Source of the DNA: a bacterium
Lineage (GTDB): Bacteria > SAR324 > NAC60-12
Reading direction: 5' to 3'
Length of the DNA stretch: 64,000 nucleotides
Assembly (NCBI GenBank): GCA_965209155.1
Contig: OZ242383.1
Location: 3,168,001-3,232,000, forward strand
Both the position numbers and the translations under genes were made by a program. The notes beneath the pieces were generated by a model. The model had not been told where the DNA came from. It searched no databases and was given only the letters and a program-made list of their open reading frames with translations. Position 1 is the stretch's first letter. Each line of letters starts with the position of its first letter. Positions 56,029 through 64,000 of this stretch are shown here, in pieces.

Positions 56029-56362
56029 GCTCCCCATCCCGCCAGGTGAGGATTCCTTTTCCATGCGCCATGTCATTTCGCCATTCGCCTTCGTATCGAG
56101 CCCCATCCGGCCAGGTGAGGGTCCCCTTTCCATGTTTCATGTTGTTTTGCCACTCTCCCTCGTAAAGTCTACCGTCTTCATCGGTCCAGGAAGCCCATTC
56201 CTCTGTTTCCGGGGGAACCTCCGGCTTGATCTCACTGGATGCCTGGCTTCCCACCTGGTTGACTTCATCCGGCGGCAGCCATTGGGTGGGGTTCGTACAG
56301 GCGATCAATGCGGAGGAGAGCAAAAAGGCTATGATTTTCAAGATTCGATTCGTTTTTTTCAT
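56003..56362 (-). pseudogene. Truncated MORN-repeat lipoprotein
   Basis: MKKTNR...LIAC lipobox; two YEGEW...HGKG.LTW.DG MORN repeats; reading frame ends in the palindrome. Confidence 0.6.
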
Positions 56363-56502
56363 TTTCCTTCCTGTCGATGATGGCGCAAGTCGAGAAGAAG
56401 CAACGTCTCCGCTCGATGGGCCTGGTTTTTGCGCAACGTCCCATGCGGATGGTCCGGAATTGTACTCGATTTGAGGCAGGGTTACAACTTCGAGAGGAGC
56501 CC

Positions 56503-57774
56503 TCAGGCGACCGGGGGAATATCGCTCCACCCGGACAGGTATCGCGGGGATTTGTGAGACTGCTTCATTTTCCATGCTTTGTCGTAAACCCCGCATGAGG
56601 CCACCCTCAGCGTCATGGGCCCCTCTTTTTGATTGATGCGGTCCATGGCCTTCATCAGGACGAGATCCTTTTCGGTATCCCCTGGTTCCAGGAATGACAG
56701 TTGAGAGGAGGATTGATCCCGGATGCCCGACAACTTGACCAGCGCTTTTTTGTATTCGTACCCTTCCCGGTAGAGCTGTTCGAGCAGGGAGAGGGCGTAT
56801 TTGATCACTTTCCTCGTATCGGCCGTGTACGAGAGATAGTGTTTGCAATCCACTGCGTAGTACTGGGGTGTCTTTTTGAAAGGGTTCGTCCGGATCCAGA
56901 CTTCGACCGTGGAGCATACCGACCTTTGTTTTCTCAATTTTTCACAGGCCACCGAAGCGTAATGGGAAACCGCTTCACGCAAGCTCTCCAGGTCATAAAC
57001 CGCATCGCCGAAGGTACGGCTGCTGAGAATCTCTTTTTTCTTTTGCACCTCCAATTCGAGTTCGAAGCAAGGATTCCCTCGTAACTCTTCCTGTATTCTT
57101 CTGCCGACGATGGAAGTTTTTTTCCGGATCAGGCCTTCGTTGTTGAAATCCCGGAAATCCTTTGCAGTATGGATGTGGAGCTTCCTGAAACTCTGCGCAA
57201 TGCGCCGTCCGATCCCCCACACCTCCTCGATGTCCAGTTGCGCGAGGACCTGGTCTTGTTGCCGGCGGTTCATCACGCAAACCACTCCTTTGCCGGAGTC
57301 CTGTTTTTTGGCATAAGCATTGGCTGCTTTGGCCAGCACCTTGGTGGGACCAATCCCGATGCTCACCGGAATTCCCGTATCGCGCTCCACGATTTTTTTG
57401 ATTTGCGTTCCGTATTCATGCAGTCCCCGCTTTTCAAACCCGCTCAAGTTCAAAAACGCTTCATCCACCGAGTAAATCTCCAACTCCGGCGTGAATCGAC
57501 TCAGGGTGACCATCACCCGATCGCTCATGTTGGTATACAAAGCGAAGTTCGAACTGAAGACGGCCACCTTGTTTTTTTCGCAAACGTCCTTGTATTTGAA
57601 ATAAGGCGCCCCCATCGGAATACCGAGCTTTTTCAATTCCACCGTCCTGGAAACGAAGCACCCGTCGTTGTTGGAAAGGACGCCCACCGGAATACCGAGC
57701 AGGTCGGGCCGGAACAATCGCTCACAGGCGCAGTAGAAGGCGTTGCAGTCGACCAGGGCGAATACTTGATTCAT
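56503..57774 (-). CDS. umuC: Y-family DNA polymerase V catalytic subunit
   Basis: LVDCNAFY, LSNNDGC, SSNFALY, YSVDEAF, C-terminal W.MK...SPRY. Confidence 0.95.
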   Translation of the reverse strand: MNQVFALVDCNAFYCACERLFRPDLLGIPVGVLSNNDGCFVSRTVELKKLGIPMGAPYFKYKDVCEKNKVAVFSSNFALYTNMSDRVMVTLSRFTPELEIYSVDEAFLNLSGFEKRGLHEYGTQIKKIVERDTGIPVSIGIGPTKVLAKAANAYAKKQDSGKGVVCVMNRRQQDQVLAQLDIEEVWGIGRRIAQSFRKLHIHTAKDFRDFNNEGLIRKKTSIVGRRIQEELRGNPCFELELEVQKKKEILSSRTFGDAVYDLESLREAVSHYASVACEKLRKQRSVCSTVEVWIRTNPFKKTPQYYAVDCKHYLSYTADTRKVIKYALSLLEQLYREGYEYKKALVKLSGIRDQSSSQLSFLEPGDTEKDLVLMKAMDRINQKEGPMTLRVASCGVYDKAWKMKQSHKSPRYLSGWSDIPPVA

Positions 57775-58121
57775 CGGATTTCTCGCGCAGTGGCCACCAC
57801 GATTCCCCAAACGGCGACTTCCGTTTCATTCGGAATTCGTATATCCTGGTAATCAGGGTTATCCGATCTCAGTATCACGCCGTTTTTGAAACGAAATATT
57901 CGTTTGCAAAGCAGTTCTCCTTCGAATGCGATGACCGCCACCCGGCCGTCCACCGGGTCGATACTGCGGTCAACGATTAAAACGTCGTCCGGGAGAATGA
58001 GAGGCGCCATCGCCTTGCCGGAAGCCTTGAAGAAGAAAGTGGAGGCCTTGTTTTTAACGAAACGCTCATCGAGCGATTGGTACTTTTCGCTGAAATCATC
58101 ATGAATGCCAAACAATCCCAT
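57771..58121 (-). CDS. umuD: UmuD'-like S24 protein lacking the N-terminal arm and catalytic Ser
   Basis: STFFFKASGKAM, LIVDRS, LCKR, WGIV; ATGA overlap with umuC. Confidence 0.85.
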   Translation of the reverse strand: MGLFGIHDDFSEKYQSLDERFVKNKASTFFFKASGKAMAPLILPDDVLIVDRSIDPVDGRVAVIAFEGELLCKRIFRFKNGVILRSDNPDYQDIRIPNETEVAVWGIVVATAREIR

Positions 58122-58204
58122 CCTTGCCTCGTAACGTATTTTAAGTCATAAGAATAATATAATACGTATATAATTAAATTTCAACATGCAATCAAGAGCA
58201 ATCC

Positions 58205-58939
58205 ATGTGTTTTTCCGTCGAAGTGGACAAAGACATTAAAAAACTGGCGGCACGCTTCCATGCATCGATCGACCGTCATGCTTTCGATCAATTTTCGTCC
58301 ATGCAAAAAATAGAGACGGAATGGGACGAGGCAGGCATCAAAGAAACCCTCGGCTTGAAAAGGAAGCCCACCTCTCCTTTTTTTAAAGAAGCCGGTAGCA
58401 ATGCTCGCATTTACCCGGGATATTTCGCACCGGTCATCGTCTGGGAAAATGGGATGAGGCAGATCCGTCCCATGCGCTATCGAGTGAGACCCCACGGATC
58501 GGCAGTGGAGATTCCTGCCCGGTTCAACGTTTTCAATGCCCGCCTCGATTCCCTGGAAACGCGGCGAACCTGGAAGGGCCTGTTCATGAAGAAACATGCC
58601 TTGTTTCCATTTTTCCGCTTTTTTGAATGGGTCCGCAATGTGAAAGGAAAGAAAGAACTGGTTGCCTTCGCCCCGGACAACTACGACCTTATGTGGGCTC
58701 CTGCCCTTTATGACAGTTGGGTATCGAAAGACAACACAATGGGCTTTCACTCATTTGCGGTGATCACCGACGACCCGCCACCGGAAATCGAGGAACAAGG
58801 GCACGACCGTTGTCCCATCTTTCTGCAGGAAACCCGGATCGATGACTGGCTTCAACCCCAGGGAAAATCTGGAGCATACTTCTACGAATTACTGCGACGC
58901 AAAGAACCCGTTCACTACCGTCACATGTCACCTACTTAA
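58205..58939 (+). CDS. SOS-response-associated peptidase (SRAP/YedK/HMCES family)
   Basis: N-terminal MC, FNARLD, FFEW, GHDRCP. Confidence 0.88.
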   Translation: MCFSVEVDKDIKKLAARFHASIDRHAFDQFSSMQKIETEWDEAGIKETLGLKRKPTSPFFKEAGSNARIYPGYFAPVIVWENGMRQIRPMRYRVRPHGSAVEIPARFNVFNARLDSLETRRTWKGLFMKKHALFPFFRFFEWVRNVKGKKELVAFAPDNYDLMWAPALYDSWVSKDNTMGFHSFAVITDDPPPEIEEQGHDRCPIFLQETRIDDWLQPQGKSGAYFYELLRRKEPVHYRHMSPT

Positions 58940-59443
58940 ATTCCGGACCGAACCTGCTTGACTTTATAAATTTCAAGGGAGAAAAACAGCGTTTGAAAGC
59001 ATCGAGTTTATCCCCGAGTGAAGTCATGACGATTTTGATTCACTTTCATCAATCCCACTATCGGGAGTTGAAATCCTATTATCGCGATTATGTTTCTCGT
59101 CATCTTCGCGCAGAATTTCCCCAATTAGTGAGTTACAACCGATTGGTCGAACTGCAACAATCGGTGTTGTTGCCTTTGTGTTACTACCTGCAAAGCCGCC
59201 AAGGTCTTTGCAGTGGTATCAGCTATATTGATTCGACTTCTTTGGCCGTTTGTCATAATCGTCGTATTCAGCGCTATCGCCGCTTCGCGGGATTAGCCGC
59301 TCGGGGCAACTGGATCGCCTCTTGTTGAGAAAACGCTTCATTATTGAAACCATCAACGACCCACTGAAAAATATTTCAGAAATTGAGCATTCCAGACATC
59401 GCAGTGTCAAAAACTTTATGGCTAATTTACTTGTTGGCTTAAT

Positions 59444-59999
59444 TAATCTCATTAAACCACCAGCTCTGCTGGTGCGAACCTAATAGGCTTTGCCGGTCAG
59501 ACATGAGAAACGTATCCGTGTCCGTGAGCCGTGCTCGTGAACGGTCAGTGAATTCGACGGCACATTTTGGTTAACATAGAAACAATGCGATGAAGTAACT
59601 GTTTCCCTTCGTCAAATAAAGGAGGCTGGATGATCTTCAACACGTTTAAAACATCGAGAATAGCAGCGCATTCCATTGCGGAACCTCGGGCCAATGCATA
59701 GAATCGTTGCTTGTCAGGAAAGGAATTTTTTCCACAGCCTTCTGCGTTATTGAGAGGAATCGACCATGAGGCCCTTTTCAGTTGGTCAACTAAGGCTGAG
59801 TATCCTTTTGGCAATGTTTCGTTGACTTGGACAGATAACGCTAAAAATTCGATGGAACATTGGTATACATCGAGTTTTTCATGATCTGACATGGCAGCCT
59901 TTTTCGTTCACGAGCACGAGCACGTCATACGATGACGAACACGTTTTGCCCTCATACTGGGGGCCTCTTCAAGCCACCGGCTCTGCCGGTGGTGATGAC
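59444..59999 (+). mobile_element. IS200-like four-helix-bundle element, copy 3 (556 bp), inserted in IS982
   Basis: One GTGCTC hexamer shorter than the other copies; splits the GLI|AY codons of IS982. Confidence 0.88.
59545..59892 (-). CDS. Four-helix-bundle protein (IVS/Avd-like)
   Basis: 115 aa, near-identical to 34459-34806. Confidence 0.92.
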   Translation of the reverse strand: MSDHEKLDVYQCSIEFLALSVQVNETLPKGYSALVDQLKRASWSIPLNNAEGCGKNSFPDKQRFYALARGSAMECAAILDVLNVLKIIQPPLFDEGKQLLHRIVSMLTKMCRRIH

Positions 60000-60154
60000 T
60001 GCTTATACCTGGCAACCGAAAGAGCCGGCCCTCAATATCGGAATGAAAGAGGCAACACAGCTGCAAATCATTTAATTCCTTATCTCGAACTCAGGTTAAA
60101 ATACTGAATTTATGAAATGCTTATCTCGAACTCAGGTTAAGTTATCGATATAAT

Positions 60155-60231
60155 TGGTAGCAGGGGGGAGAATTGAACTCCCGACCTCAGGGTTATGAAT
60201 CCTGCGCTCTCACCAGCTGAGCTACCCTGCC
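60155..60231 (-). tRNA. tRNA-Met(CAT), probably elongator
   Basis: GGCAGGGTAGCTCAG...TTCATAA...CCTGCTACCA. Ile2 identity is not excluded. Confidence 0.9.
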
Positions 60232-60325
60232 AATTTGAGAAGAAAAGGAAATCCAGGTATGATTCAGAAATGCAGGGGAAACATTCTCGCTTTTCATTGT
60301 TGAGAATGTGAGAGTAAAGATTGTT

Positions 60326-61024
60326 TCAGTTGCCGGATCCGTTTTTATGCTCGAGAAGGGCCCGTTTTTTAAGTTCAAGCAATTCCATATCGACGTCGGT
60401 GTTCCCTCCTTCCAACGCGGCAAACTCTTTTTCCAGACTATCCTTACCTTGTTCCTGGTTCAATTCCATATAGGCTTCCGAACGATCTTGCATGTTTTCG
60501 ACTTTCTGTTCGATACGTTCGATGGTCTCGATGGCCCCTTTGCCATTCATTCCTTGCATGGTTGAAATCATGGTTTTTTGGGCTTCCGCGGTTTTTTGCT
60601 TGGCAATCAATAAACCTTTCTTGCGCTTGATTTCCTCGATTTTATTTTCCAGTTTTTGATAGCTTTGACGCAAAGTTTCTGTGTTTTTAGTGTGAATAAC
60701 CAATTGCTGTTCAAATTCTTCAGCTCGAGTGGCGTGCTCTTTTTTACGTAAAAGCGCTTCTTTAGCTAAGGCGTCTTTTTCATTTTGAACGGCCAGGATC
60801 GCTTTTTGTTCCCAATTTTGAACTTCCTGCTTTTCTTTGGCCAAGGCACGCTCCAGTTTCTTTTGTTCAGCCAGCACGTGGGCTACTTGGGTCTTAGTCT
60901 GGCGTTTCTGGGATTCCATGTCGGTGACCATCTGATTGAGCAATTTCTCAGGATCCTCAGCCTTGTCCAGCGCACTGGTGAGATTTGAACGAACCACGTT
61001 GATGAATCGAGATAAAATTCCCAT
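60326..61024 (-). CDS. pspA: PspA/IM30 family protein
   Basis: MGILSRF...LDKAEDPEKLL, LAKEAL, coiled coil. Confidence 0.92.
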   Translation of the reverse strand: MGILSRFINVVRSNLTSALDKAEDPEKLLNQMVTDMESQKRQTKTQVAHVLAEQKKLERALAKEKQEVQNWEQKAILAVQNEKDALAKEALLRKKEHATRAEEFEQQLVIHTKNTETLRQSYQKLENKIEEIKRKKGLLIAKQKTAEAQKTMISTMQGMNGKGAIETIERIEQKVENMQDRSEAYMELNQEQGKDSLEKEFAALEGGNTDVDMELLELKKRALLEHKNGSGN

Positions 61025-61043
61025 AGTACTCCTGAATCATTAA

Positions 61044-62696
61044 TTAAAACAATTGCTTGCGTTTGTTTGAAGGAAGAATTTCAAGAGCTTCCCGGTATTT
61101 GGCGACTGTGCGCCGGGCGACTTGAATTTTGTTCTTCTCATACAAAATTTTAGTTATTTGCAGGTCGGTCAATGGAGAACGAACGTCTTCGTTATGAATC
61201 AACTGCTCGATCATATCCTTGATTCTTTTAGAAGAAACGGTTTCTCCACTTACTTGTTCAACACCACTCGTAAAAAAATACTTCAATTCAAATGTCCCTT
61301 GAGGCGTGTGTACGTATTTATTGGTTGTGACTCGACTGACGGTCGACTCGTGCACGTTGATGTCCTCCGCAACATCTTTTAAGACCAGGGGTTTCAAGTA
61401 GTGAATTCCCTTTTCAAAAAATTCCTTCTGAAATTTTAAAATGCTTTGCGTCACTCGATAGATGGTTTTTTGCCGTTGTTCGATGCTTTTCATCAGCCAT
61501 TGACCCGATTTTATTTTTTCCTGAATGTATTCCTTGGTCAGGTTTCCATCTTCTTCCATATCTTCCACTAATTTTTTATAATACCCGCTGATACGCAAAC
61601 GAGGAACACCATTGCCGTTGAGCGTCACTTTTAATCCCCCATTATTGGAGTGATATATATATGCATCAGGAATAATATAACTGTGAGAGGAAAGTTGATC
61701 GAACGCACGACCGGGCTTCGGTTCAAGAGACATGATCAGTTTGTAGGCCTCGATGACATCCTCCAGCTTTTTTTTATGACGACGCGCAATTTTTTTTATA
61801 TCCTTTCTCTCCAGTAGGATCATATCTTGTTTCACCATCGCAGAACATAAGGAATCCTCCATTCCCAGAAGTTCCAGTTGCACCAGTAGACATTCTTGTA
61901 AATTCCGAGCACCAATACCCGGAGGATCGAATTGCTGAATAAGATTTAGAATTTTATTGGCGAAACAAGCAGCATCGGGACTGATTTGCAGTACATTTTC
62001 GTCTTTTAATTGAATCGGTTGATTGTTCAATGCTAAAGCTATTTTATTTTTTGAATTTTTATCGTTATGGAGAACGTTTTGGTCATGGTTGTCCAACCAG
62101 AGGGGGTCGTATCGGGATAGGTCCTGAACGTGTTTGACTACCCAAGTTTCGATTGCTTCAAGCAACTGTGGATTGGCTTCAAACAATTCCCGAATTGTGA
62201 GACTGAGATAGCCATCCTCACTGATATTACCGATGATGTGAGTCCCTAACTCGCGTTCAATGGCTTCGAGAGGAAGCATGTCCAGCTGCCACAACAAATG
62301 GTCCCAAAGCGTTTGACTTTCAGCCAGGGTGGTTTCAATGGGAAGATAATTGTCTTCCCCATAGTTTTGGCGCGAATCGGTACCCCCAAATTCGACATAC
62401 TGCTGCCAGTCGACATCCAATTCCAGAGATTCTTTTTGGATTTCTTTTGCGCTTTCAAAAGATTCTGGTTCCTCTGATATTTCTGGGGAATCCGTTTCGT
62501 ACAATTCTGCTTCCGGATTCGGATCCGTGTCAATATCGATCCCTTCTTCCAACACCGGATTTTCAATCAGAGATTGGTCGATCAACTCTTCCAGTTCCGT
62601 CCTGGACAATTGCAGCAATTTGATCGCCTGTTGCAATTGAGGAGTCATGATCAACTGTTGGGAAAGGCGCATTTGCAGCTTCATTTCCATAGCCAT
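61044..62696 (-). CDS. rpoN: RNA polymerase sigma-54
   Basis: MTPQLQQAIKLLQ, HESTVSR, RpoN box ARRTVAKYR. Confidence 0.97.
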   Translation of the reverse strand: MAMEMKLQMRLSQQLIMTPQLQQAIKLLQLSRTELEELIDQSLIENPVLEEGIDIDTDPNPEAELYETDSPEISEEPESFESAKEIQKESLELDVDWQQYVEFGGTDSRQNYGEDNYLPIETTLAESQTLWDHLLWQLDMLPLEAIERELGTHIIGNISEDGYLSLTIRELFEANPQLLEAIETWVVKHVQDLSRYDPLWLDNHDQNVLHNDKNSKNKIALALNNQPIQLKDENVLQISPDAACFANKILNLIQQFDPPGIGARNLQECLLVQLELLGMEDSLCSAMVKQDMILLERKDIKKIARRHKKKLEDVIEAYKLIMSLEPKPGRAFDQLSSHSYIIPDAYIYHSNNGGLKVTLNGNGVPRLRISGYYKKLVEDMEEDGNLTKEYIQEKIKSGQWLMKSIEQRQKTIYRVTQSILKFQKEFFEKGIHYLKPLVLKDVAEDINVHESTVSRVTTNKYVHTPQGTFELKYFFTSGVEQVSGETVSSKRIKDMIEQLIHNEDVRSPLTDLQITKILYEKNKIQVARRTVAKYREALEILPSNKRKQLF

Positions 62697-62785
62697 GGGT
62701 CCATTTTCTCAAATGAATTCAGTTTTATTAAACCTTCATATGTTGGCACAGAAAATCTCATAATGAAAGTCAATAATCATAGCAT

Positions 62786-63508
62786 TTATATCGAGAACAA
62801 ATCTCCCAGGTAAACCTTGCGCGCCTGTTCGTTTTGCATCAATTCCTCCGGAGTGCCTTGTGCCATGAGCCTCCCTTCATTCATGATATATCCGCGGTCG
62901 ATAATGCCAAATGTTTCTCTGACGTTATGATCCGTGAGCAACACCCCGATGTTTTTCTCTTTCAAGTGGCGGATTATTTTTTGAATATCCAACACCGCAA
63001 TAGGATCGACGCCGGCAAAAGGTTCATCAAGTAAAATAAATGAGGGATCAATCACCAAAGATCGGGCAATTTCCGCCCTCCGGCTCTCACCTCCAGAGAG
63101 TGCATAGCCCTTCAGTTGCCGGATATGGGCAATTCCCAGTTCATTCAACAACTCTTCCAAACGCGCTTGTTTTTCCGCTTTTGCCATTTTTACCAATTCC
63201 ATCACTGCCAGCAAATTCTGTTCCACTGTCAACTTGCGAAATATCGAACGCTCTTGGGGAAGATATCCTATTCCAATCCGTGCCCGACGGTCCATCGCCA
63301 TATGAGTGATATCGTGATTGTCAAAAATGATCTGCCCGGCATCCGGGTGGATTATACCAATGATCATGTAAAAAGAGGTGGTTTTTCCTGCCCCGTTCGG
63401 ACCCAGTAACCCCACGACATCTCCCTGTTTGACTTCAATAGAAATCCCTTTCACCACGTGGCGGCTTTTGAAGGTTTTTTTCAGTCCTTTGGCAATCAAG
63501 GTTTTCAT
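62786..63508 (-). CDS. lptB: LPS export ABC transporter ATPase
   Basis: [32 protein letters not shown]; upstream of rpoN. Confidence 0.96.
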   Translation of the reverse strand: MKTLIAKGLKKTFKSRHVVKGISIEVKQGDVVGLLGPNGAGKTTSFYMIIGIIHPDAGQIIFDNHDITHMAMDRRARIGIGYLPQERSIFRKLTVEQNLLAVMELVKMAKAEKQARLEELLNELGIAHIRQLKGYALSGGESRRAEIARSLVIDPSFILLDEPFAGVDPIAVLDIQKIIRHLKEKNIGVLLTDHNVRETFGIIDRGYIMNEGRLMAQGTPEELMQNEQARKVYLGDLFSI

Positions 63509-63591
63509 AGCATTCTTACTGGGAAAAAAACATTGGAAAGAATTTAGCCATTAAATAATCTTTTTTATATCAGTGTCTTAATCTAACTTGA

Positions 63592-64000
63592 TCAGTTCAT
63601 GGAATGTCGGAAAATATCTTCAAATCCTTCACGAAAAGAGGGGAACCGGAGAGAGTAATTCAATTCATGCAAGAGCCTGTGGTTGGAAATCAAGCGTTTA
63701 TTATTTCCGGAGTTTCTATGGCTGTCTTGTTCATTTTCTTGATCAAGAAACGCCCATCCTGCAGAAAGCTTTAGTGATTTTTTTTTCTGGAACCATTCGA
63801 AGATTTCGTACGAAGGACAGGGAAAATTATCGACGGCATTCAGGCAACGCGGCGCATCCTTTGTTTTTACGAGCAAATTCACGATAGAGGCAAGATCTAC
63901 CACATGAATGCGGTGGACGGGACGTTTGCTCCGGGAGATGGTTTTTCCGTCCAATACACGCTGCGCAATATTTCGTTCGGGTCCGTAAATACCTCCGGGA
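63592..64000 (-). CDS. NAD-dependent epimerase/SDR (YeeZ-like), 5' part outside window
   Basis: GGIYGPER, RIHVVDLA, NKRLISN, LRFPSFREG. Confidence 0.75.
   Translation of the reverse strand, partial: PGGIYGPERNIAQRVLDGKTISRSKRPVHRIHVVDLASIVNLLVKTKDAPRCLNAVDNFPCPSYEIFEWFQKKKSLKLSAGWAFLDQENEQDSHRNSGNNKRLISNHRLLHELNYSLRFPSFREGFEDIFRHSMN

Larger units (their letters stand above)
58993..60098 (+). pseudogene. IS982-family transposase remnant, internally deleted and interrupted
   Basis: [27 protein letters not shown], then [31 protein letters not shown]. Right IR-like CTTATCTCGAACTCAGGTT. Confidence 0.85.

Overview
Bacterial chromosomal window. The gene set and 16S suggest a deltaproteobacteria-like organism, possibly SAR324; this needs a 16S search. 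(1) 1-12094 (-): one uninterrupted giant ORF of at least 4031 aa that runs off the window and is missing from the ORF track. It encodes a signal-peptide-bearing TPR solenoid built from 42 repeats of 270 bp/90 aa. (2) trpF, then an rRNA operon (16S-23S-5S-tRNA-Leu). (3) Housekeeping and redox genes: thiolase, gamma-CA, ilvD, a Tat/Fe-S operon, P-II, a catalytically dead XerC-like protein, folBK. (4) An accessory catabolic region (~35-51 kb) near selC, with SDR/AKR/LLM/PhyH genes, a sigma54-driven ABC transporter, and a 1937-aa integrase-arm/pseudokinase/STAND/GAF/sigma54-activator fusion. (5) ggt, fumarase, a SRAP + 'pre-cleaved' umuD'C cassette, an IS982 remnant, tRNA-Met, pspA, rpoN, lptB. 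The most striking candidate system is a ~560-bp non-autonomous element present in three copies. It has IS200-like hairpin ends, and its transposase is replaced by a four-helix-bundle (Avd/23S-IVS-like) gene framed by inverted (CACGAG)n repeats. It inserts after TTAAT without target duplication, and its copies differ mostly by A-to-N changes on one strand. A fourth shell with different ends carries the same repeat arms but no gene.
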